Assembly (NCBI RefSeq): GCF_009834535.1
Contig: NC_045707.1
Location: 46,378,001-46,442,000 of the forward strand
Length of the DNA: 64,000 nt
Source of the DNA: Camelus ferus
Lineage: Eukaryota
Reading direction: 5' to 3'
The translations under genes were made by a program, and so were the position numbers. A model generated the notes under the pieces. That model had not been told where the DNA came from. It searched no databases and was given only the letters and a program-made list of their open reading frames with translations. Of this stretch, positions 26,902 to 38,039 are shown piece after piece. Position 1 is the first letter of the stretch. Each line of letters starts with the position of its first letter.

Positions 26902-27150
26902 ATTGCAAGACTGGAGAAGGATAAAGAACTACATAACCAACTGTTTAGTGTTGATCCCACAAGAGACAGCAAACAAATGGAGCAACTTGTTCGAGAAAAA
27001 GTCCATTTGTGTCAGAAATTAAAAGGTTTACAGGCTGAGGTAGAAGAATTAAGAGCTGAAAAAGAGAATTCTGGTGCTCAGGTAGAAAGTGCCCAAAGAA
27101 TTCAGGTGCGGCAGTTGGCTGAGATGCAGACTACAGTCAGATCCCTGGAG
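26902..27150 (+). CDS. CEP83: CEP83 coding exon 5 ([13 protein letters not shown]...MQTTVRSLE)
   Basis: ttattag| acceptor, GAG|gtaaga donor, 249 nt; overlaps ORF-track 26977..27162. Confidence 0.96.
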
Positions 27151-27729
27151 GTAAGATTTTAATTGCTTCCCAGTAGAGTATGGCATACTTGTTTTAAAGT
27201 GCAGTTGACAAGCCTTTGATTTTTAGGGCATAAATGTACGCTTACCAATCCAGTGCTGACGCATTTATGGAATCCCAAGAGTATAGATAGTTTTTGTAAA
27301 GAAGCAAGCTATTGATTCATAAGCAGTGGCTATGCTACCACATTTACAAAGGGATTGTTTCTTCTTTGGGAGTCACGTCACCTATCTGAAATGATTTAAC
27401 TCTTATAATGCCACAGAGTAGAGTTTGCAAAATTTTTACGGAATGAGTTTCTGAAGACTAAAGTCATCTCAAACCAGAATGAGTCATTTCTGGTTATTTC
27501 CTTATACTGGGATTCAAGATCTTTAAATCAAGTCCTATTTTAATAGAAATACCCTACTTATGTATTTTATGACAACTTCTTGCCAGAGTAATAAAATTTA
27601 ATTTGGTTACTAATGTGTGTAAACCTTTATTGAATTATTTCCCTGAGTTTGTTAGAGAAAGTAATGAGCTTGGCAGATCTAGGCTGGTACTCCTACAGGT
27701 ATTCGTCTGTGAAAGTTCTTGTCTTCTAT

Positions 27730-28260
27730 TGTTGGAAAAGAAGAACTTTTCCTTCATCCTCTTAGGTTTGGTGTTGGAGGGTTGTGAACTAAACTGACAA
27801 CAGACAGATTAGCAAGAGAAAAGACAGGTTTTTATTCATGTATATAAAAAGGAGTTCACAGAAAAATGACTCAGAGGCAGTTATAATTTGGGGCTTATCT
27901 ACCATCTTAATCAGGAAAAGAGAGGGAGGGAAAGCCACACAGGAAAACAAATAATTTTTAGGAAAAGTGAATGGGCTCTTAGGAAAATAGATGGAAGATA
28001 GGATAATTCTGTGATGGTGTTTGAATAGGTGATTTCTTATCCTGGTGTTGACTTCTTGTTTTCTGTGATAGGAGTTGGTTTTTCCTGATTATGAAGCCCC
28101 TGGGGAGTGGATTTAAAACACTTAAATTCTTTTCAGAGGCTCTACTTTTAGGAGGATAAGAGGATTTCAGGAAAAAACTTTTTCCTGTGTCTGTTCTCTT
28201 TTAGAAGCCTTCAGCTCAAAATAATTTTTATGCCAGAGTGGCATATTCTGGACTCCTTTA
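27730..28260 (-). mobile_element. ERV1 solo LTR (MER34/MER39-like)
   Basis: Minus strand begins ..aaggagtccagaatatgccactctggcataaaaattattttgagctgaagg and ends ..ccaaca; flanks ctat/gtat fit a degenerate 4-bp TSD. Confidence 0.75.
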
Positions 28261-29727
28261 GTATTTTATTCAGATATGCTTACTCCTCCTAGTCCTTAGA
28301 GTCTTATATGTAGCAAATATACTAGTTTGATAGTTTTTAAAAAATTATTTGAGCAATCCAAAGTGTTCTGTTTTCTTCAGAATGGTTGTGAAGCGGTTTG
28401 AACTAGAAGGAAGTTAAGTTATGCACCTAATTTATAATTAAAATCGAATATCCAAATATAAAATAGTGATTTTTTTTTTCCTGGCCAGCAAACTGGTACA
28501 AGAAGTACATTAATATGTTTTGAAGAGTAGATATCACCTTTTAATTTTTGGATGAAGCTTCTGAAATATTTATTGGTTTCCTGAACTAAAGTTGTCAGTG
28601 TCATTGCACTTTAGACATGAGAATGAACTGTTTATATTGTCATCCTTCCATCCTTAATGTATCTACACAGTGACGGAATAAGTGGAATGATTGTGATTGA
28701 ATATGGTGTAGGATCTCAGTGTGAAACTCTACGTTGAGGTCATTTAGAGGGATTATTTTCAGGACAAGTTGAATGATAACAAAAGATGGTTTGTTCCTCT
28801 TCGATGTTTTTAAGAGTCTATATTTAATTTTATCATTTGTCAGATGAAATGAAAATAAGCGCATGACAGCAAGTCTTTCTTCTTTGATTTTTGTTGTTGT
28901 TATTGTGCCTGAAGAGTATCATTTTGTATTTGAGGAAAATAATTTTTTTCTGAATTATTTGTTGAATACACTCATCATATTTAAGATGTATAGGAAATGA
29001 GATGTTACAAAACTGCTTATCCTATAAATGCAAAATGATTTCATTCTATCTATTTTGAATAGAAATATCTTTAAAAATCGTTTAGTTTTCCTCTTCTGTT
29101 TAAAGACTACTGTGAATATTACCAACTAGACATTTTCTTGACGGTTTACTTCACTAAGAGTCTTTATTTTGTGATGAGGTCAGGAGCTGTTGGGTTCTTT
29201 GTCCGTACTTCTCAGAGGCCCCGTATTAGTTGAGGGTTTTGAATTGTTAATCTCTTGGTGTTTGTTGTTTTTTTCTAATCTCCATTGATTTTAGATTTCC
29301 AGTTCTCACTTCTTACTACTATACATGAGCCCTCTCTTCTACCTTGTAATACGCTTTTTCATGTCTTCTGTGTACTTAAAATCCTCCAAAATGTTTAAAT
29401 TATGTCCACAATAAGAGTGAATATGTATCAAATGAGTGTGTTAGGTACACTCTTTCATGAGAGAAGTCTATGGGTTTTCTCTTGGTGGTGGCTGTTGTTA
29501 TGTTGGTTGTGCAGGTAATGTTACATATTCCCTGGAGCAAGTATCTTTTATTTGAATTCTACCAGTTACTTTGAGAAAGTAACTTGTTACTTTGTTGTAT
29601 GTTAATATTGAGGTTTTGAATAATTGGGGATGGTATGATTATTACATGTATTTAAGTAGTGCTTTTTTGTTTTCATATAACTGAGAAATTATGAACAGAT
29701 TTTAAAATAATTTTGTTTTAATAAAAG

Positions 29728-29859
29728 GCTGAAAAACAGTCAGCTAAACTACAGGCTGAACGCTTAGAAAAAGAGCTACAATCAAGCAATGAACAAAACA
29801 CTACTTTAATTAGTAAATTGCATAAAGCTGAACGGGAAATAAATACTTTGACCAGTAAA
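29728..29859 (+). CDS. CEP83: CEP83 coding exon 6 ([16 protein letters not shown]...EINTLTSK)
   Basis: ttttgttttaataaaag| acceptor, AAA|gtaagt donor, 132 nt, phase 0-0. Confidence 0.95.
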
Positions 29860-29959
29860 GTAAGTCATCTTATGTTTCTACTTCATCCTTTAGAATGCTT
29901 GATATTGTATAATGACAAATTTTGTGTTTATGTAGTTTTAGTTCTCTATATCGAAATCT

Positions 29960-30570
29960 CTTTTAATCTTATTCTACCTTCCAAATGCGTGTAGAATCTG
30001 ACCAATTCTTCACTACCTTTATTGTGACCATTCTTGTCCAATTTTTAGAATAGCCTCCTAACTGGTCTCTTTACCCTTTACCCAGTCAGAACTCTGTGAT
30101 GTGGCCCCTGCAATCTTTCCCCAGCCATCACAGTTTATTTTCCCTCCTGTTCACTTTGCTTTAGCCTCACTGGCCTTCTCACTCTTCTTTGAGCAAGTTT
30201 ACTCCTACCTCAGGGTCTTTGCACTTGATTGCCTTGCATGATCTTCCCTCACATATCTACATAGCTTTCTTCTTCACCTGTTTCTGATGTTGCCTCATCA
30301 GAGGGGACTTTCTTTTCTTCACTTTATAAAATACCATCTTCCTTCTTCCTCTGCCTCACTCTTTGTCTTCCTTACCTGCTTTATTTTTCTTCATAGCTCT
30401 TAATACCATCTGATATATTTGTTTATTTTTGTCTTTTCTACCCTCTTTCTCTCAACCAAATATAAGCTCCAAGAAAGCAGAGACATATCTTTTATTACTG
30501 CTGTATCTCTAGCTCCTAAAACTGTACTGGCACACAATAGACACTCAGTAAGTATTTGTTAAATGAGTAA
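29960..30570 (+). mobile_element. L2 3' region
   Basis: cctacctcagggtctttgcacttg...atataagctccaagaaagcagagac...ctcagtaagtatttgttaaatgag. Confidence 0.8.
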
Positions 30571-30612
30571 GTTAAAATCAACAGCATGATCTGATACGGT
30601 TTGGACATTTAT

Positions 30613-30613
30613 A

Positions 30614-30646
<33 letters not shown>

Positions 30647-30648
30647 AT
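30613..30648. repeat. (TG)n(TATG)n microsatellite
   Basis: Seen directly. Confidence 0.9.
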
Positions 30649-31748
30649 AGTTTTCTAAGGAACTTGAGAGATTTCTCCCCCCTCAAATGCAGTGTATATA
30701 AGGAATCTAGTAACCAGAAGTGGGATACCACTGACAAAAATATTTTATAGACTACTGTAATGAATATCAGTTCTTGAGTCAGTCAGGCTGGACTTAAATT
30801 CCATTTCTTCCCCTTAATAGCTGTATGACGGACAATTTACTTTCTAAAGACTTTAGTGTTTTCCTTTATAAAACAAGACTAATATCTCTCTTACAGAGTG
30901 TGGCAGAGATTAAATGAGATATTATGCATAAAGTACTTAGCATGGGGTCTAGTATATAATTACCTGAGTATCAGTTATTAGTAGTAGTACTTGGGGCAGC
31001 TCTAAGAACTTGAAAATAAGACTGGTTTCTGAATTAGTAAAATCCTATATTGTATTTCTATCAGACAGTTATATAAAACCACCTTAAAAAACAAAATGGT
31101 TCCCAGACCAGAAGGAGTTTACTGTAGCCTAGTAGAAAAATATGAATTTATCTAGAGGGGCAATGTGTTCATCATAAATTCCTTGTCCAGAGTCAAGCAG
31201 ATTTTGACAAGAGGGAAGAGAGTTTTAATCAGTAAAGGGTAAGTATTCTAGTCCCATTGAAGAGATCATTCTTACTGTGGAAAAGAATAACTCAATCCAT
31301 TTTAATTTGTGGCCATGAAACAATGAATTCATCCCATTCCGTTTGTCATGATTGTGTGATCCCCAAGCAACTTTCTGTTACTTGATTTTCTCTGTAATTT
31401 TGTCTACAGGAAGAGAATGCACTGGTCCTTAAGAATTAGAGTATTCTAGTTTCCATTATAGCTTTTTTTCTCATAATTAATAAATGATACTCTGATTTTA
31501 TAGATCACTCTTTGTAAGCTTTAGTAATGTGAGTCTGACCTTGAGAGTCTTCTTTAAGTGTGGTGACAAAATCGGATTTTTGTGCCTGAAAGGCCAAAGT
31601 AACTATTACATCATTTTCTCATTTAAGGACATTACTCATATAATTGTTGTCATTGTTTTCATCACCAGCTACTGTTTCTTGTGTTTAGTGCTTCTGATTT
31701 GCTTCACTTTAGAATGGGGATAATACCTCTCTCTAATACCTCTCTCTC

Positions 31749-31903
31749 TTTTTTTTTTTTTAACTCTTTTAAATTGAGTTATAGTCATTTTACAATGTTG
31801 CGTCAAATTCCAGTGTAGAGCACAATTTTTCAGTTATACATGAAATTATACATATATTCATTGTCACTTTTTTTTCGCTGTGAGCTACCATAAGATCTTG
31901 TAT
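31749..31903 (-). mobile_element. Young L1 3'-tail insertion with TSD
   Basis: PolyT then aattgagttatagtcattttacaatgttgcgtcaaattccagtgtagagcacaatttttcagttatacatgaa; flanked by ga(t/c)aatacctctctct; same family as 46312-46427. Confidence 0.85.
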
Positions 31904-32354
31904 GACAATACCTCTCTCTTATAGGATTTTTATAAGATTAAAGATAGAGTATACACAATGTCCTTAAATGAGAAATGATGTAACAGAGAATACAGAACTT
32001 TGAGCCCATTGATTAGTTCTGTTCTCACTGTGTCAATAACTGTGTGTATAACTTTAGGCAAGTTACTTAGTATCATTGAGATCTAATTTCCTCATAGCTG
32101 AAACGAGACATTGTGGTAGATGATCCTTAAGAACAATTCTAGCCCTCTAAGATTGTGTAAATTCTGCTCTTAATCAAATTTGATTGCTTCCTGATTAAAT
32201 AGATTATTTATAGATTCAATAGATACATATTGAGTGCCTGCAATGTTAGAGTATACGAAGAAACATGCAAAACACGAAGAAGTAAATTCAGGATAAGGGA
32301 GTTCATGATTTTCTTCCAGTTCTTATATAAATGACTTTCAATACTGTTAAATAT

Positions 32355-32466
32355 AAATAATAAATAAATAAATGAATGAATGAATGAATGAATGAATGAA
32401 TGAATGAATGGAGAGGGAGAGGGAGAGGGCGAGGGCGAGGGCGAGGGCGAGGGCGAGGGCGAGGGC
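32355..32466. repeat. Compound microsatellite (AATA)n-(AATG)10-(GAGGGA)2-(GAGGGC)7
   Basis: Seen directly: AATG 32371-32410, hexamers 32413-32466. Confidence 0.95.
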
Positions 32467-35400
32467 TTTAAAAACACTGTTCCGGCCTTGAGTAGCCAGC
32501 CAGACTAGACTGCGGTAATATCCTGAACCAGGGATCGAACAAGCAGACATCGGATAAGCTGGCTTCTGCTGTGGCTTCTAACTCTCCCTGGGACCATCAG
32601 GTACTTTCTCTGCAGCACATTCTGTCCAAGCTCCCTGGCTCACTTGTGTCCTAACTCTGAGTTCTCTTCTTTTTCTGTACGTAATTTTTTCCATTGCTCT
32701 TTCGAGAGTTAACGCATAGATGATTTCTCCTGCTCTCTTGAAGGGTGATCATTTTAGTACAGTATTTATTTCTCTCCTTGTTTATTAACACACGTTGTTA
32801 AGAGTTGCCTGTCCTTCTAAAGGCACACTTTTCATTATTTTGCATATAAATTTGTATTAAAAACCACCCTTCAACTTTAGACAAACCAAGTTTTCTTTTG
32901 AGATCTTACATATGAAAAGATTTCATTGGGATGATGAATTTTAAAATAATATTTCAAACATGATTGTCACAGTTTTCTTTACAACTTCAAATTTTTCATC
33001 AACATTTTGCAGTGCTCACAAATGGTTGTTTGCAATGCAGAGGAACACCTGGGGGTATACTTGTCTAAGCTATTCAAATTTGTAAATGTTTGTTCAGTTT
33101 TTGAACAGAGTTATGTCAGTGTGACTGTCAGTGTCTTGGATTAAAAAGTATTTCCGAAGATGGCCTGAAAATGATGACCTTAAATATAAGTTTATATTCA
33201 GTGAGATAAATTCTTCTTGTTACATCATGAGGTGTTTGATCTTAAGAGCTTGGATAAAATGTACAGTTTTAAGGAAGTCATCCCACAGAATTATCTTCCT
33301 TAGCTAAGTTATTGAGGTCATACCATCTCCGACCTTTGAAAAAAAAAATCAGAATTTAACTACTCCAAAGAGGAAGCTCTTTGGAATTTACATCAAGAGC
33401 TTGAATAATATATTTTTTTCAACTGTATTTGTATTTCTTGCTTATGTATATTGTTTTCTCTGTGCCTCTGTGTGTGTATGTGTAATTTAACAGATTCTGA
33501 ACTCCTGTAAAATGCCTACTATTGCTATTTTTTTACATTTCTTAAAGTTGTGTTAGTAGTACTAGCTAATATTCTGTGAATACTTCTATTCTATCAAAAG
33601 CATAGAGCAAATTCACAATGTAAAGACCAGAATCTACATGGAAAAAAAAAAAGGGTAGCTTGGCCCAGAAGCCAGTTTAGAAGATTGTAAATCTCTTGAA
33701 ATTGTGTATAACATTTCAACATTGTGCATTTATTTAAGAAAAGATCCCTGTTTTTCTTAGGATTTTTGAGGCATGATTACAAAGATTAAGAATCAGGAAT
33801 CTAGAGGCAAAAAGAAGCTTTGTTTGGGATTTGGTTCAGGTTACTCATAGAAAGTGCTGTAATTTGTCATATCTAAACAATAAGTATTCATATAAGTTCA
33901 TTTTTAATAAATCTTTTAAATATCTTTTGGGAAGTTAATTACTATTAGTATGAGGGCCTTTATTATTTTAGGATTTTAGAAATACGGCACTAAAGAAAAA
34001 GTTAAACTCACTGAGGGCCAGACATAAAGACAAGTATGGTGCTTGAACATATACACTAGTTTAATAATAAAAGTATGTCTGAAGATAGACTTCACTTGTT
34101 GTTTGACTTCCTGTCCAGTGTTCTTTCAGTTTCACTAATTGTAATTTAATTGAAAAATACTTTGCATTTCAGTAAATCTCAAAGTGAATGAATTAAGAAA
34201 TAAGTTTTTATGTATTTTATAGTTCCTATTTCATAGTTCTGCAATATAAATGTAGTTCATATCATCATGAAATGAAATTCATAGTTTATGTCATTGAAAT
34301 GAAAGATTCTACAAATTAAGATGACTGGCTGATTTTCCACCTCATGTGTAAAATAGCTAATATGGTTTGCTAATGAACTATTATGTCATTCTTAACCTTG
34401 TACAGCTTGTATATTATAGCAGGTTATGATTACGTTTGTCATAGAAATTGGATTTTCATTGTAGTTGTATTTCTTCAAAATCTGAAAGAATTTATAAATT
34501 CTGTCTGTCCATGAAATAATACAGTAACACCCTACCTATAGAAAGTTTAAATTTTAAAATAAATACAATTTCTTAGCTGCTCTGAAGCATTTAAAAGCTG
34601 CTTTGTATACATTGCTCTGTGAGACGTAACTTTCATAGAGAAGAACTTCAGAAAGACTTAAAAATGTAAATCTGATGTCAGCACAAGGTATTCATTTTGT
34701 GTAGTGTAATTTTAAAATCTACAAGTTAATTTGGAGGGCTGTGTCTTAGTATGGTTATTAGCAGTACAGAGGTAGAACAGTACTTGACTTTCTATTTGTT
34801 TCCTCTAACTGAGAATTTTGCATGGAACCTTTAATGTTTCCAAGATCTTTCATAGGTGGAGTGTCTTCCAGTAAGATACTTCTGTTTCTTGTCTTTGCTC
34901 TCTTTGGCTCTAGGACATCTTCCTGATTTATTTCTAATTCCTATCTTTAGTTTTTTATAGATTTTCATTGTACTCAAATTATCCTTAACCCTCCTGTTAC
35001 CACTATCTTACATTTTACATGTTTGGCTTGTATATATTTGTGATTTTCTCCTCTGATTTCACAGTTTTATATATTAGTACAGTATGTGAGAATGCAGGTT
35101 TATCTAACCTTCATATCTGTATTGATTAAATCCTCATTATAGTAAAGCACCTTAGCAAAGGGCAAGAATGTGGAAACTGTTCTAGAGCACTGCAAATGAT
35201 GAGGGAGACAGCTTTTTTGTTTGCTGCTGTATCCCCAGCTCCTAAGGCAGCACTAGGACACATAATAGATGTTCAATAAATATTTATTGAATGAGCAAAG
35301 GAATACTACTTATGAACTAGAATTATTCAACTTTCAAAAGAGGTGTCTCGGGGAAAGACTAAAATTGGTATGTGGTTAGTTACATGGAAAATATTGCTAA

Positions 35401-35509
35401 TTATTTACATTCACTGCAGAGCTTTAAAAGAATCAGGTTTTGGCAGTAAAAGTTTAAATTAGATTTACATGTTTTATATTTGTTCCTTCCACTACCAGCA
35501 CATGTACGT

Positions 35510-35535
35510 ACACACACACACACACACACACACAC
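35510..35535. repeat. (AC)n microsatellite
   Basis: Seen directly. Confidence 0.9.
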
Positions 35536-36175
35536 TTGTTCTCTTTAGTCACCTAATAAATTCTTCTTTCTTATCCCCTTTGTCAGTCCTTTGCCTCTTA
35601 ATTGGTTTCTTTATTTTCAGTTTCTTAATCCAACACGTTTGCAGTTAGAGTTGACTTTCTGAAACAAAGTTGATTATGCCACTGTCAGCAGCTAACAGGA
35701 TATACAGTCCTTTTGTATGGCATATAAAGTCTGTTCCCTGCAGCTGCACGGATTTCACATCTTCCTCTGCTCTAACACATTGCTCATTGTTTTCTGAGCA
35801 GACCACGTGACATTCCACCTCTATAACATTTTATGTGCTGTTCCTTGTACCTAAAATGCCTTCTTGTCACCAACCCTTTTTTTAAAGGAAGGTTTTGATT
35901 TTTTTCCCTGAAAGTGTTTTAGTGTTTGAGTATTGGGTTTTAGGTACTTAACAGTTAAGCTTTTTAAGGCAAGATGAAGCCAGATGACCCTACCCAGCTA
36001 TTGTAAAGAAATGACTCTATTCTTTTAGGAAAAGGCTGTTTTATTGGTGCCAAGTACTGTTCCAGGCCCTGAAGCTTCTTCCCTCCTGGAAGGTTTGCAT
36101 TCTATACTCTGCTACCAAAGCGTTTTCTCATTTCTACTAATGTTTTTGGGTTAGCGCTTAATGGCAAGAAAATGA

Positions 36176-36331
<156 letters not shown>

Positions 36332-37565
36332 TGATTCCCCATGCTTTTTACTGTTATTTTCACATATAAACTCAAATTACTAAAATAGATCAAACTGAAT
36401 TTTTATTTCCAATTTTCAGGTTAATTGATTTTTTATTTTAGAGCGCAGATGTATTGTTTTTGTTTCTGTTAAAGTTTCATTCCGTGATCTAACTTTTAAA
36501 AAATCAGTCTTATGCTTATGTCATAGTTATTTGAGTAATACATAAATGAGTGAAAATTTGCAGATAGGAGTCCATACTTCCTGAGTTTATAACTTAAATT
36601 CTATTTAGATCTTGTGATTATCCCAGACCATTTTAAATCTAAAGAATATAAGGAAGACAGGTGGGTTCCATGTCCAATTTTAAGTTTTGAAAGTTTTTAT
36701 GTGGACCCTAGGCCATTTACTGGACCTAGTTCAGCCTAAGTTAATTTTTAAGCTCTAATTTAGTCTTAGAAGGTCCTTCTCATCACGATTTTTTAGAAAT
36801 TACATTATTTCTGACTTTTTCTCAAGTACTAAAAATAGCTAAATAAGCTTCCTGGACCTGCAACGGTCAAGTTGAGCTCTAGGTGAACTGGCCTCTAGCT
36901 GCTTTCATTATTAACTCTGCTTGATGTTGACTAATGGATTTCCATATAGTTAGGGAGCAAATTTTCTTCAGAACTTAAAGAATTTGGGATCCATTTTCGC
37001 ATTCTTTTTAAACTTTGAGTTAGATGTGAATTTGTTTTAGTTATTCCATATGCAAAATACTTGTCACTTCATTACAAGGAAAATTTGTGAATTCATTGGA
37101 CAAACTTGAAAGTTTCCAATTTATGTTGGAAATCTTAACAGTTCTGCTGGAATGATAGGTTTTGAAAGCTTCTGTGATTTTATTCACTCTGCTTCCAGCT
37201 GGCTTTATGATGATGCTGTTTGTAGGATGTAGGTTACAGAATCCTTTTAGAAGTAAAGTGTTTAAACCTCTTTTGATATTACCAGGTTGATGTCCCCAGT
37301 GCTCAAGATTCAAATGAGTAAATATATATAACCTTTTATTGAAGTTTTTGTGTTTGTGTGTCCTAAATAAAATGACAGAAAAATTAAATCTGAGTATTAG
37401 GTTTTTTTTTTTTTCATTCTTAAAAGTTTATCAACAACTTAAAGATCTTTGAGAATATCTGGAAAGACTTAACTTTCTGTATTTTGTCTTAGCTTATGAA
37501 TGCTTTCTGTTAATTGTTATTTTTCTTCTTAGAAACATTGAATAGAGTACATTTTTCTCCTTTAA

Positions 37566-37721
<156 letters not shown>

Positions 37722-37833
37722 TAAGTACTTAATTACTTTATTTTGTGTTAAATCTCCTTGCAAATGAAAACATTTTGCTGTCATATCATCCTTATTGTAG
37801 TTCTTGTAACATCATTATCATCTGCTGTTTTAG

Positions 37834-37983
37834 GCTAGAACTTGAGAGCAGATTAGCGGATTTAGAGAAAATGAAAGTGGAACATGATGTCTGGAGGCAG
37901 TCTGAAAGGGATCAGTGTGAAGAGAAACTGCGTGCTTCACAGATGGCAGAAGAGTCGGCTAGAAGGGAACTTCAGAGTATTAG
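37834..37983 (+). CDS. CEP83: CEP83 coding exon 9 ([22 protein letters not shown]...ELQSI-R)
   Basis: ttttag| acceptor after a 113-nt intron, AG|gttatg donor, 150 nt; ORF-track 37745..38026. Confidence 0.95.
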
Positions 37984-38039
37984 GTTATGTATGCATATAT
38001 ATTTTTTAAACTTCATTTTGAAGTAATTTCATAGCTAAT

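Noticed and set aside
29564..29584. 9-bp hairpin agttacttt-gag-aaagtaact upstream of exon 6
   Set aside because: Short and AT-rich; expected by chance in 64 kb.
32208..32550. ORFs with PSPSPS / ALALAL / FIHS repeats
   Set aside because: Translations of the microsatellite.
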